NCBI RefSeq assembly: GCF_009914755.1
Contig: NC_060928.1
DNA length: 64,000 bases
From: the human T2T-CHM13v2.0 reference genome, Homo sapiens
Strand: one strand, 5' to 3'
Position numbers and translations under genes: made by a program. Position 1 is the stretch's first letter. Each line of letters opens with the position of its first letter. This document shows, one piece after another, positions 1-13,562 of the stretch. The notes beneath the pieces are model-generated. The model searched no databases, had not been told where the DNA came from, and saw nothing but the letters and a program-made list of their open reading frames with translations.

Positions 1-408
1 GGTCCCTAGGCTAAGGAACTCTTGGCTCTAGAGCAATTTTGGTTATATTTCTGTGTTTTTTAAAATTTTGCTTTTAAGCCTATCGCTGAATACCTAATAT
101 ATAAACCAATCTCCTGCTTTAGCTTAGGCACTCCATCTATTTATTTTGGACCATATTAGACTGACAGTTCCATGTCCTCATCTATAAGCTCTTCATTGGT
201 ACTTTGCATGGGAAAGCCTTGCCATGTCCTGAAAGCTGATCTCCACACTCTGCTATGAACAACTCAAATGGAGCGTGCTGTTTAATTATATTGGAGACCT
301 AAGGATTTGCCAGAACATTCTTGCCAATTTGACATATAAGAAGCCAACCACCAGCCATCTGCTCAATGCCTAGTTCCTAGGATCCTTCCTTAAGAGTTTA
401 TTGTGCGT

Positions 409-728
<320 letters not shown>

Positions 729-924
729 TTACTGTGTGATTCTGGTCTCTCATATATAAACCTGACTTATTTTAGTGATGGGATCTTTCCTACCCCTCAC
801 TTTATCTTTTCAGAGTCCCAGGATATCTCATTGTACATAGAAGTCAAGCTATGGCAAGTGAGGCTGAAAGTATACCTGAGAAAAGTCAACTTTCCAACTC
901 TAATCCTCTTTCACAATATTTAAG

Positions 925-1245
925 CAGTTTTATTGAGGTATAATTGATATACAAATAACTGCATATATTTAATGTGTACAATTTTATGAGTTTGAACATT
1001 GAAAACACCCATGATACCATCACCACAATCAAGTTAACAGACACATGCAATATTTCTCAGTGTTTCCTTGTATCCCATTGTTGCTCTTTGTAATAAGAAC
1101 ATGTAACATGAGATCTACGCTCTTTACAAATTCTGAAGTACACAATACTGTATTATCAAGCATAGGCATTATGTTGTACAAAAGATTTCTAGAACTTTAG
1201 CAGATAATTAAAACTTTATATACACTGAACAACCATTTCCCCCAC
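925..1245 (-). mobile_element. Old L1 (L1MA/MB-like) 3' end
   Basis: tttattgaggtataattgatatacaa...accatcaccacaatcaag, typical of a reverse L1M 3' UTR. Confidence 0.75.
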
Positions 1246-1364
1246 ATTCCAGAAGTTTCATTATTAAAGGGGGAAAAGGTGACTTCTGAGAGTAACAAAT
1301 ACGTATTTATTCAAATCCAGATACAGCATATTCTAAAATTGAAGATAATCTTTAAACAAACAGC

Positions 1365-2209
1365 TACTGTGCCAGACTATTAACTGCCTACTTTATAGCC
1401 ATTCCCACCCTCTTATATGTTAACAGAACCCTGTTTTCTTTGGGACAACAATATGCCCAATCTAGGATATGACTCACTGTTAGTCTAGTTAGTCTAAACC
1501 AGTCACATTTCCAAGTAATATGTGCCTCAAATACATGACAGATAGCCGAGATATTGATTCCCCTTAACTCTCAGGGCAGAAGGACTGGGCCTAGATTAGC
1601 AGAAGCATTCTGTTCACCCTCAGGATGTACAACAAATGTTATCATTTCCTACACGTGCCATAAAGGGAAAAACGTCAGTCAGGAAGCACGTTTCTAAGCC
1701 AAATTCTGTTCCCTTGGATAGATACTCAATTTCTCTCCTCTCCTTACAGCTAGCAGTAATCCAGTTCTGGCCAATGCAACATTAGGGAAAGTCAGCTGAG
1801 AGCCTCCTGGAAATGCTTGTTCTAACATATAAAAGGACAGAAATAACAGGATAGCATATCAGCGGTGCCTTTTCCCTTTCTTCCTACCTCGAACAAAAAT
1901 ACAATGCCTAAAACCTCAACAGCCATCTCACTACCATGAAGTAACAAAGCATGAGGATAAAAGACCAACAGCTAGCCAGGCACGGTGGCTCACAGCTATG
2001 ATCTTAGCATTTTGGGAGGATGAGGCAGGCAGATTGCCTGAGCTCAGGAGTTTGAGACCACCCTGGGGGCAACATGGTGAAACTCTGTCTCTACTAAAAT
2101 ACAAAAAATTAGCTGGGCGTGGTGGTGCACACCTATAGTCCCGGCTACTTGGGAGGGTGAGACACAAGAACTGCTTGAACCCTGGAGTGACAGAGCAAGA
2201 CTGTGTCTC

Positions 2210-2241
<32 letters not shown>

Positions 2242-2330
2242 AAATACCAACAGCTAAGAATAATGGAGCAGAGAGATGGAAAGAGCTTGAGACTTTATAT
2301 TGTTGAACATCAGACTCAAGGCCAACAACT
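1365..2330 (+). mobile_element. MLT1-type (MaLR) LTR remnant, interrupted by the Alu at 1974
   Basis: aacagaaccctg, ccagttctggccaatg, cagccatctca and atggagcagagagatggaaagagc are MLT1-like blocks. Confidence 0.55.
1974..2243 (+). mobile_element. AluS with an internal right-monomer deletion
   Basis: Alu body lacking about 48 bp near 2187; TSD aa(g/t)accaacagct. Confidence 0.92.
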
Positions 2331-3074
2331 GACTACTTCGAAAATGGGAAGTAGACAATTGTTGATCTTGGGCCTGATGTTCAACAATATAAAGTTGACT
2401 GGTGGACACTAATGGAGGGAATATTTTAAGTCAATTTTTTTTCTCTGAAGCATCCTTTAATTCTCAGCTTTGTAGGAATATCAACCCTCTTGTTCTCAGA
2501 TTATCTAATGCTTTATTATCTATTAATATCTATACCACTTTAAGCCTTAGTGGGGTGACATCAGCTTTAATGTTAATCATTTCTATTGCATTCTTCATGG
2601 CTCAGAATTTCAGCCTCCTAGAAATTTCAACATATTATGGCAGTACTGGTTGTTAATCCAGCAGCTAAGTGGAAATTCCAAGAGGCATAGTAAATTCACA
2701 CATTCAAGGGTTATAGTTATTAAAAAACAAAAACTCTGAACCGAAAATGGGGGAACAAATATATTTCAGATATTCTGAAAGGTAATTTAACTTTGTTTGC
2801 AATATATAGGAAACATAGAAGGAGAAATTTTTTAATGGGTATGTATAGGCAAAGGCTTGGGAATACTTAGGTACTCTCAAGCTATCTATAAACATAGAAG
2901 TCAAACACATCAACCAGTGTTTCTCAGTAAATAAAAAGCACACTCCAAAAAAAATGCAACTTTGGAAATCTCTTCTAAAAAGTAAGTGCAATAACACTTT
3001 TGCTTCCAAATAGAAAAAAAATGCTATTGAATATGGCACATCAAAAAAAAAAAAAAGCCACACTGTCAAACTCA

Positions 3075-3349
3075 AAAAAGTACATATTGTATGATTCAAT
3101 GTATAGGGTGTTCTGGAAAAGGCAAAACTAAAGGGATAAAAAAACAGATCAGTGGTTGCCAAGGGCTGGGAGGGAGGGGGATAGAGGCATTGCCTACAAA
3201 AGGGCACAGGGAAACTTTGGGGGTGATGGAATGTTCTACATCTTGATTATAGTGGTCATTATATATTAAACAATTATCAAAACTTACAGAACTGTATACT
3301 AAAAAAGGATGAATTTTACTCTATGTAAATTATACCTTAATTTTAAAAT
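3075..3349 (+). mobile_element. L1ME-like 3' end
   Basis: attgtatgattc...ggcaaaacta...cagatcagtggttgcc...tgtaaattatacct. Confidence 0.8.
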
Positions 3350-3724
3350 CGGGGAATAGCACATCTGTGAACTGATAAGAACCAAGAGTTATTTTATGCT
3401 GGGTTAAGCCATGCTGTGGTAACTAATCAAGAACGTGAGAAATAGAGCCGTTGTCCTATATATTACATAAATTTTTAAGCTATAAATGTATATGGTAGAA
3501 TTAATGCTGTGTTGGATAGTTATGTGTTTACTTTTAATGGGATCAATTTCATAACTGAGTTAGCAAATTATTTGGCTTAATTTACTAGTAAGTGATCACA
3601 AAAAGTGATATCCTTTGCTGTGGAAATAAGCAATTAATCTTAACATTTCATAGCATAATTGTACCTTCCAATGGGAAGGAGACACACATGATATATTCAA
3701 TAATGATAAATTGCAGATGTTAAT

Positions 3725-3980
3725 AGTTTACTTAGTTTTTAAGGACATTTAATAATCACAAAGTATCTCTCACACATTATATCATCTGATTCTCACAGTA
3801 ATCCAACAAGGTTAGAAAGGTAAGGTAGTATTATTTTTCTCCACTATATAGATGAGAACATAGAGGCCTAATAAGTTAGATGATTTGTCTACAGTTCTAA
3901 CATTAGTATTAATAGTCAGGAAATAAACTAAGATATTCTGATCCCAAATCTAATAATTTCCTCCCTATATCAGTCTGCCA
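3725..3980 (-). mobile_element. MIR
   Basis: Degenerate reverse MIR core (atagatgagaacatagagg). Confidence 0.55.
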
Positions 3981-4179
3981 ATTAAAGACAATATATCTCA
4001 AAACTCTTCCCCAAATCTCAAACTACAAAGCCAACTAAAACTGACAAAAAGTCTATATCAACACTCAAATGCAGCTCTACAGCTTTTAAAATGGTCCTAT
4101 TAAATTAAAATGAGAATATAGCACAGGCAGGATTTTAGGCAAGGAAAGCTACTGCTCTAATAAAAAGGAAAGTAGACAC

Positions 4180-4410
4180 ACATAGACTTCCTACAATGAG
4201 CCAGGCCGACTGTTTTAAATTTAATATCACAAAGATCCCTAAGAATAGGTATTATTATTATCCTCATTTTACATTTAGAGAAATTTGGATCAAGGCTAAT
4301 AAGTTGTCCAAAGTTACCTAGTTTATCAAGGATGGATAAACTAGCATTCATCCAAGCATGGATTACAATCCAAGCCTGTTGGATTCTGAAGCCCTTTGTC
4401 CTAAGAGCCA
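4180..4410 (-). mobile_element. MIR
   Basis: attattatcctcattttaca...ccaaagttacctag...ctgttggattctgaagccc. Confidence 0.65.
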
Positions 4411-4530
4411 AAAGAAAAATATTTTAAACCTACACACTTGTACATTGAGTCAAAATTTCAGTAGTTCCATAACCTTGAATCTTAATGAAGATTGTTTTAA
4501 AAGATCTTTTAAGGCATATCTTGTTCATAG

Positions 4531-4843
<313 letters not shown>

Positions 4844-6529
4844 TTCTTCACCTTTAAAATGAGGATTGCTTCTGTTTTCCTTTTAAATATGTGTCAAACT
4901 TCCTTAAGTGTCTTGAAGTCATCTGAGTTTCCCAAAAGCAGGTATTTTTATACTCATGTCAACCTCTACAGACCACCGTGGTGCCCTATAGCAAAGTCAG
5001 CCAGACTATGAGATGGAAAAACAAAATGAGCCAAATAAGACAAGAAATAATTCCAGGAATTGTGACATTTCCCTTAAAATAAGACTCTGCTTTAAAATTC
5101 CATATTAAATATTTTTAAATATCTGTTTTGTCTTTAAATAAAATACTCAGGACTTTTGAATTATAAGACAGAAGGAATGGCTTATTTTTTAAACTCTTCT
5201 AACCCATACAATTAATACTAATGTTTGAAGGAGGTGTATGCTAATTAATACTAATGTTTACAATTAGTATTAATGTAGTATTAGTGTTACTAATGTATAC
5301 AATTAATACTAATGTTTGAAGGAGAGTAATGTACATATAGGCACTTGAAAAATAATTCATGGTGAGGGTGATAGCAATGATGATTAAATAGCTACTTTCA
5401 CATTCGTCTTTAGTGTTTTCATTATATTAAAAGTGAAGAAGAAAAATAATTTTTAGTTTCTCTTGTTTTATACTGTCACTGAAGCCTATAGGTGATCTGT
5501 TTCTTGGTGTACTTTTTAAAATATAGAGATGTAAGTCATGCATTTGCTGGAATAAAACTTACATAATGAAGCTCGTTTTGCTTGTCAAGTGCAGATGAAA
5601 GGAAGAAGGGAAATAACAGTTTAAATGTAAAAGGCACCTTTTCCCTAACTCCTCAACTATTTCACACAATAAAATGAATAATTTAACTACCTGAAACTTC
5701 ATATGTGCAGAACACTGCATGCAGACCAGTGGCATTTTCACTTCGAATTTGTATAGTCTTTAGTCAATACACTTCATCTGCATTTCTAACACCTGCTTCA
5801 GTCAGCTGTGAAGTACGCTGTTATCTCTACAGTTGTCTTTTATCTTCACTCTGTCCATCTAGCCAAAAAAAAAATTACGTGATAGAATATAATTGCTTGG
5901 CCTAAAAGATATGGGGAGTAATTCACATGACTTTCTCAAAGGTATTTTCCTTTATCTTATCAATAGATAATTTTAAAACAAGTTACTAATTAATGTTGTC
6001 ATTCTTTATAGCATACACCTCCCTCAAACATTAGTATTGATTGTATATAGCAGAAATAACAACATCTACTTGCTCTGCAATGAGTGCCTCTTTTGGGTGC
6101 AAAGAAAGAAAGCCATTAACTGTAATGACTGATAACATTTATAAAGCACACAAATATGCCTACTAAGCTTGTTATTGTTATAGTTTGTTATTAAAATGAT
6201 GTTCTTCTAGCTTAGCCTGCCTACCATGACCTAAGTTAAAATTTTATGTATATCAACATAAACATCAGCCAATTTTTGACTTCAGCTAATCTGTCAATGA
6301 CTCACATTTTTATATGGAGGATTTAAGCAAAGGATTAATACATTTTTAAGGATTTATACATTCTTTATCTGTGTTACACAATTTTATATGGATGATTTAA
6401 GCAAAACATTTAAAGGCTGAATTCTCTGATACAAAAATTATCTTAGAACAGGAGGAGAAATGGGGAGCAGTTGGGGGAGAAGAACTAGAACAAAATTGAA
6501 CTATCTATTGTTCTTACTTACTCTGCTTA

Positions 6530-6700
6530 TTTCCTGAATAGCACTTAATTATAATGTAATTATTATATCTGTTGTCTGTTTCCCTCTCTATTTGAATGTA
6601 AATTTCACCTGGAAAAGGATCATATCTGGCTGTTCACCACTCCATTTCCAATGTCTAGCTTAGTTCCAGGCACACAGTAAATACTCAATAAGTATTTCTT
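6530..6700 (+). mobile_element. L2 3' end
   Basis: tgttcacc...ccaggcacacagtaaatactcaataagtattt. Confidence 0.7.
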
Positions 6701-8151
6701 ATACAAACAAATTTTTTAAAATTTCAACCAGATTGAATTAGAAGAGATTCCAAAGGACTTCCTAAACTTCTCTATTCCTTTAAAAACTTCATTTATCCTT
6801 TAAAAATTGATATTTATGGAAAAATATATGTGGGAAAACTTCATTTATCTAGGATCACTGTAGAATAATACATAAGCTGATTTTCTAAATAAGCTGATTT
6901 TCTCAGATAGCCAAAGATGATACCTTTAAGATTCTAAGACAGTTTAATTCCAATTATTTTAAGTGTGTCATTCAAACACACATCATTATTTACTTCTTTA
7001 GCTTGTTTTTTAAAAATAGGTTTCACGTAATTTATTAATGTCTTATAACCAAAATTGTGTATTAAAATGCTTTTACATTCTGTCATATAATATTGTAGTA
7101 CCTTCAGATACTAGTGAGATAAGTAAGGCAATATGTCCCTAAACCAAAGGGACCTACCAACATAGACTCATATTTAATCATTTTGTTGTCTCCTTTCCTG
7201 CTTTCTATTTTCAGTATTTTACCTTCTAGCTGCTTCTTCACTACAGGTTCTTATTCCTAATAAGTTTTAATTTACTACTCAGGATGAATTAAAGATTCAC
7301 TAAATAACTAACCTATAACAGAAATATTATGAAAATATTAAACAGTATCTTTTGCTTTTTTATTCAAATGTAAATACTATCGTTTGCAGACTTTCCATTC
7401 AAGCTAAGCCATTAAGCCTATCACCCAGAGTAGGGTAAATAAACATGGTCTACAGCATCAAAGTTGTTATTCAGATTTGAGAGTCATATAAGGTTTACCT
7501 GATGAGTTCCTAGAGGGAAAAGAGTCTTGAAAAAGATTCTCAGTATCCTTGAGAGAGAAAGAGATTTTTCTAAAGTCCTTAAATTCCTATTACAGATTAA
7601 GGGTCAAATCCAGTAGAGCTGAATATCAATCCTGACCATGAAGAAAGAGAAAGTTCAGGATATGATCCAAGGGAACTTTTAATGGCCCAGAGAACAAGCT
7701 CACTATACTTCTGAACTGCAGGAAGAGAAATTCAGAAAGACATGAAAGAGGAGGATGGGGAGGTCAGATACTAGGGTCCTTGCTTGAAAGGGATGGTGAA
7801 GTAGAAATGTCCAGAACCCAGAACACGGGCTAGTCAACAGCTTGCTCAGGTATAGCCTTGGGGAAGCTGCAAATTCCCAGAAAGCTCACATAGGGCCCTC
7901 CTCAACATGACTAGGAAACAACAGCATTGTGCTGACGAAAGGAGATGTCTAGATAAATAAGCGTTAAATAAAACTCCAATAAAGGTGATCCAAACACACC
8001 CATGTGCCCCCACGAAAAGACACCAAGTAGGCACTTGAAAAATACGACAACCCAGAACCAAACATAAGGCTTTTCCACAACCCTTCTAGCCTATTCTAAG
8101 ATTCCACCAGGGGCTAACATGAAGTTCACTAGTGTTCAGAACTCACTTAGA

Positions 8152-8444
8152 TGCCAGGCACGGTGGCTCACGCCTGTAATCCCAGCACTTTGGGAAGCTG
8201 AGGTGAGAGGATCACCTGAGGTCAGGAGTTCGAGACTAGCCTGGCCAACATGGTGAAACCCTGTCTCTACCAAAAATACAAAAATTAGCCAGGTGTGGTG
8301 GTCCATGTCTGTAATCCCAGCTACTCAGGAGGCTAAGCCAGAGAACCACTTGAACCCAGGAGACGGAGGTTGCAGTGGGCCGAGGTTATACCACTGCATA
8401 CCAGCCTGGGAGAAAAAGCAAGACTCCATCTAAAAAAAAAAAAA
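8152..8444 (+). mobile_element. AluS
   Basis: Full dimer with A tail; TSD aactcact(t/g)aga. Confidence 0.95.
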
Positions 8445-8959
8445 ACTCACTGAGAAAACTGCTTAAGAGCTTACACAGACATCTGTTCATGACTTTTATA
8501 AAAACCTATGCATTACTGAAAGTAAAATACTCAACAGTGGAAGCTGGGCAAAACAAAAGCAAAGGTCAGGTGGGGAATCAGAAACCTCCTTAAAAATCTT
8601 AATAGTCCCAGAATTAATATTCTCACTCCTAATGAAAATAGGACACAGTGAACTGTTGAGAAAACAACAGAAAAAAATTAAGCAATTTCCAAAGAGAAGG
8701 ATAGCTTAATAATTCAATGGATATTCAAATTTTCGGACTACTTCCAGGAAATAAAAAGCTAAACTTTATGAAGAGAAAAACAGAAGAGGAAATCTCATTT
8801 ATGTGGATTAGCATGAGAAAAAAAGAATGTGAGTCAGGATTCAGTACTGAAAAGTTCAAATTATGGAATTTTTTAAGAGAAAGAAACATTTACTACTTTC
8901 TGTAACTTGAACTAACCTCTGGTTTAAAGTGGAATTCCTTCAGCTACATGACATAATGG

Positions 8960-9395
8960 AAAGTAGATTGTCAAGAAATAGTGGGAACTGGATTCTGGCT
9001 GTGGTTCTTCTCATTACCAGCTGGATAAGCTTGGACAAACCCCTTGAACTTTCTGAATCTCAAGTTCATCATCTATTAAATGGCAAAAATAATAACTGCT
9101 AATATTTATGGAGTATTTACTACCATTTTACATGCTCTGTTAATATTTAACACCACATACTTCATTTAATCCCTACAAACATCCACAGGTTGACATAGTT
9201 GCTATTATATTCTTATCCAGGGAATGGAGGCACAATAAAGGGATACAAACACAGGCAGTCTGACTCCAGAACCAGTCTCATTGGAAATTCAGTCTCAGCA
9301 ATACTGTACCTGCCTCACAGGACAACTGTGGTCCTTATTTGAGAACATATATGTAAAAGTGCTTTGAAAGCTATATGATGCTTTACATATAAGAA
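8960..9395. mobile_element. MIR fragments in both orientations
   Basis: ctcaagttcatcatctattaaatgg (+), tcatttaatccctacaa (-), and tail tgtaaaagtgctttg. Confidence 0.5.
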
Positions 9396-10399
9396 ATCAC
9401 TAGTATTTAATGAATAGATTAATTCATTCAAGATTAGCAGAGTTCATCTGTAATTAAATCAGTAAAGTATACTTTGAGTTCATTTCTCAAGTATATTAAA
9501 AATATCTACCACAAAATTATTTGCAGTATGACTATTTTTGATCAACTTTAATCCTATTCCAACCAGCTTGAAATATCATAGATTGCGAATTAGTTAGGTA
9601 CACAGCCACAAAGAGCACTGTACAAATAGTGAGGAAAGCTCCCTAGCCTCTATCTTGCTCAGAAACTATTCCTTTTTCAATCCAATTCCAACAAACTGCT
9701 TTCCAAGTCTGGAGAAATTTTAAAAAATTGGCTGCTCTCCCAGACATACTCTATACCTATTCTCAGGTATGTTCAGAACCTAGTCTAGTGTCTGGCATGG
9801 AGCAGACACTTGGCTGAAAGACTGAGTGAGAATGATCAGCTTAGAGCAAGGGAGATGCCAGAAATTAAAGCAAAAACAATCTAACTCAAAAAGCACTGTG
9901 GCACAGCAGTCACTTAGTGTGGAGGCAAAAACTCAGTAGGGTTAGAAGTCAGCATGGTTAGCATGAGAGCCATGCCTAGTATGCTTGTCAATAGAGTAAT
10001 GACCAAATAGGGTCACCAACAAAAGGTTAAACAACAGAGAATTTCAAAAGACTGGAGAGTATATGACGTACTTTAAAATATTTGTATTTAATATAATAAA
10101 AAAATGTTTAGAGAGTTGTTTAAAAGAATAAATCCTGAGCTAGCTAGAAAGCGTGAACACATTCGTTTCTTCACCTGACTCTATTTGAGAAACTCTGCTA
10201 GGATATCAATGAGCCTCAGCCCTTGCTCTCCAAGAACTTACATCCTGGTGATATCCTGGTGATGGAAGACAGGAATCAAAAAAAATTTCACAATAATTAC
10301 TTAAAGTTCTGATAGGTGCTTTAAAGGAACTGCACTACTTACCAGGAGAGTATTCAGAAAGAGAATCTGGTCTTTCTGAATACTCTACTAGAAAAGAAC

Positions 10400-10905
10400 T
10401 CAGAACTTACAAATGTCTTCCCATCTCATTTGGATTTAAAGCCAAAATCTTTTCAATGACCCACAAGGTCCTAACTTTATAATCTGGACCCTTATTACAT
10501 ATCTGAATTCATCTTCATTGCCTTTTCTGTTCTGGCTATTCTCCTACCTCAATACCTTTGTACTTTGAGTTATCTCTATATGAAACAAACACCATTTCCC
10601 CAAATATCCCCATGGCTTGCTCTCTCACCTCCTTCAAGTCTCTGCTCAAATGTTCTTTTATAAATGAGACTGTCACCCACCACCTTTCAATAAAATGCAA
10701 CCCCTCTAGTTTTATCCCTTTCCTGCTTCATTTCTGTTCTCTCCGTAAGATATATATATAAATATAAAACATAGTAAAAGTGTACATTTTAGTTGTTGTA
10801 TTCCCTCACTAGAATGTAAGGTCCACAAGTGTTATCTGTTTTATACATTTTCATAGCCTCACTATAGAGTAGGGGCTCAGCAAAGTTATTTGTTGAATAA
10901 ACGAA
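10400..10905 (+). mobile_element. L2 3' region
   Basis: ctcacctccttcaagtctctgctcaaatg...ctagaatgtaagg...atttgttgaataaa. Confidence 0.75.
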
Positions 10906-10949
10906 CTGGAGAGACTATAAGCATGCCCTTATGGCAGATGCCTTGTTGG

Positions 10950-11190
10950 TGAAGAAGATGGCACAGGATGAAGCTTGAGAGGGAGGCAAGAAATAGACCA
11001 TGGAGAATCTTTTAAGCCACATAACAGACGTTGGTTTTTATCTCAAGAAAGTCATTGAAGGATTTTAAGCAGAAAAATGACACGATCAATTTACATCTTT
11101 TAAGATAATTTTAACTACTATGTGGAGAATAGAATGAAATGGGCCAAAAAGAGATGAGAAAATCCAGAGCAACTCTCATCTCCAGGGTGA
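10950..11190 (-). mobile_element. L2 fragment
   Basis: cattgaaggattttaagcag...tgtggagaataga. Confidence 0.65.
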
Positions 11191-11712
11191 ACACAAGTTT
11201 TGTTGTCTCTCTGTGTGAAGCTGTATACATCCTTAACACACGCTCATGTAAAAACAACTTATTGTTTGCCTATCACAGTAGTATTTACAAAATTCCCAAT
11301 CCAAACTCTCAAAATTTAAATGCTTCTTTCCCAAATGTTTTCCTTCTGAATAAGCCCTGAAATAAACTGTACTTTTAGCAAATTCTATTTGCTTCGACAG
11401 CAATATATAATATAGTGAAGACTTTAAGCTTGCACAAAACATATCACTATGAACAAGGTCCATAAAGGTTAAGAGTAGCCTAATTTTCTTTGATTCTTTC
11501 AGCTACAGATTTGGCTAAGGGCTTGGATACTACGGGAAAGAAGATAAGTGAGAAAAACATTGGTGATTTAACCTCTAGTGTTCCCTTAAGGACAAACATT
11601 TGTCACCTTGACAGCAAGGTGAAAGGTTTGCAGCCAGCATGCTTATAACAGGACTCTCTCCTCTCTCTCCTCCCTGGGGACCTGTGAGTTCTGAACAGAC
11701 AATATCTGAACA

Positions 11713-11757
<45 letters not shown>

Positions 11758-11763
11758 AATGAT
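11713..11763. repeat. (GAT)15 AAT GAT trinucleotide microsatellite
   Basis: Read directly; it explains the poly-Ile ORF at 11575-11850. Confidence 0.97.
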
Positions 11764-12323
11764 CCACAGAAAAGAATAGGGGAGGAAAAGAGATTGAGAC
11801 CCCACATAACTCAGAGCCTCAAACTGAAATGATGCTCCAGGGACTGTCACAAAGATTTAGCATTTGCGCTCTTCTTCCTAAGCTTCCACTTAAGGCTGAA
11901 GTAATCAACCTTATAAATTATCACAAAACATTCAAACATTGTCCAATGTTAACAGCATGGATTCCATTGCTAATAATTATGAGTGTGTTTTAAAGCTGAA
12001 TTCCTAGGCATATATAGCTCCACTTTTGATACAAATCTCTAGTTTTTAGGGTTTACAATTCTGGTGTGAAAGTCAGCTGCAGGCTTAAATCAGGCACTAA
12101 AACAAGCCTGATGTTTACTCTTCATGAATACATATAATCCAAATTAGCATTAAAATGATGATACCCATGCATCCAAAAGAATAATAGGATCTCTGTTTTA
12201 GCCTAAAAGCTACATTGCTTATAGTATTTTCAAAAGTGAAATAGGAAAAGATATTTTGAAAGCTAAAGATTTTTTTTAAAAAAGAATTAAAGTTTTTTAT
12301 GATCGTTTTTAATTTAATTTACC

Positions 12324-13120
12324 TGTGACATGTGAAAAACCAAAGCAAAGTGCATTTCCTACTCTCTCTTACCACTCGATACAACACTTCTGACACCGGA
12401 TGTGTAGGAGTGTTTCCCCACACACCAAGCAATTCTCCAACTGGATGTGCTCTAATTCAATTCAATTCTAGCACTCTCCACCTGCAGAGAGTGTCAGATC
12501 CCAAAGGTGGGGGCTCAGTCCCACAAGGCTATCCCCCACTTCAGATGACAACTTCAAGCTCCAGGTTGTGGCTTGTGCTTCTACCTGACCAGCTATAAAT
12601 CAGGGTTCCCACAACCCCTCCTCATGTTTGATTAATTTGCTAAAGCTCACAAAAATCAGGAAAAACACTTGTGTTTGCCAGATTATGATAAAGGATATTA
12701 CAAAGAACACAGATGAAGAGCCAGATGGAAGATATGCATAAGGCAAGGCATGTGGGAAGGGGCACGGAGCTTCCATGCCCTCTCCAGGGCACAATGGGAA
12801 CCTCCTTGCATTTGGCTATCAGCAAGCGCTCTGAACCCTGTCCTTTTGGATTTTTATGGAGGCTTCATTATGTAGGTATGATTGATTATGTCATTGGCCA
12901 TTGGTGATCAACTCAACCTTCAGCCCAGGAGGTTGGGAAATGGGATTGAAAGTCCCTACCCTCTAATCAAGCCTTGGTCTTTCTGGTGACCAGCCCAGAT
13001 CCTGCAACTATCTAGAGGCCAATAAGCCAAATTAGCACACAAAAGTCACTCTTATCATTCTGGAGATTCCAGGGATTTTAGGAGCTTTATACCAGAAAAT
13101 ACATATTTCACAATATCACA
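12324..13120 (-). mobile_element. MER21-family solo LTR
   Basis: Reverse strand begins tgtgatattgtgaaatatgt; internal ggctcagtcccacaag and ttggtctttctggtgaccagccc blocks; TG...CA ends. Confidence 0.8.
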
Positions 13121-13253
13121 TTTAACTTAATTTCACTAATTTAATTTTAGGAATCAGTGACATTGATCTATGTGTTCCTTTGATGAATGAAATTTTACCT
13201 AGATAACTATTTTACACTTTTATTTTGAAAAATATCTTACATTAAAATCACTA

Positions 13254-13562
<309 letters not shown>

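Noticed and set aside
9951-9986. Four CATG/TATG cores resembling a p53 response element
   Set aside because: Their period is 9 bp, not the 10 bp of tandem RRRCWWGYYY half-sites, and the flanks fit poorly.
11575-11850. 91-aa ORF with a poly-Ile run that looks like a membrane segment
   Set aside because: The run is the reverse translation of the (GAT)n microsatellite.
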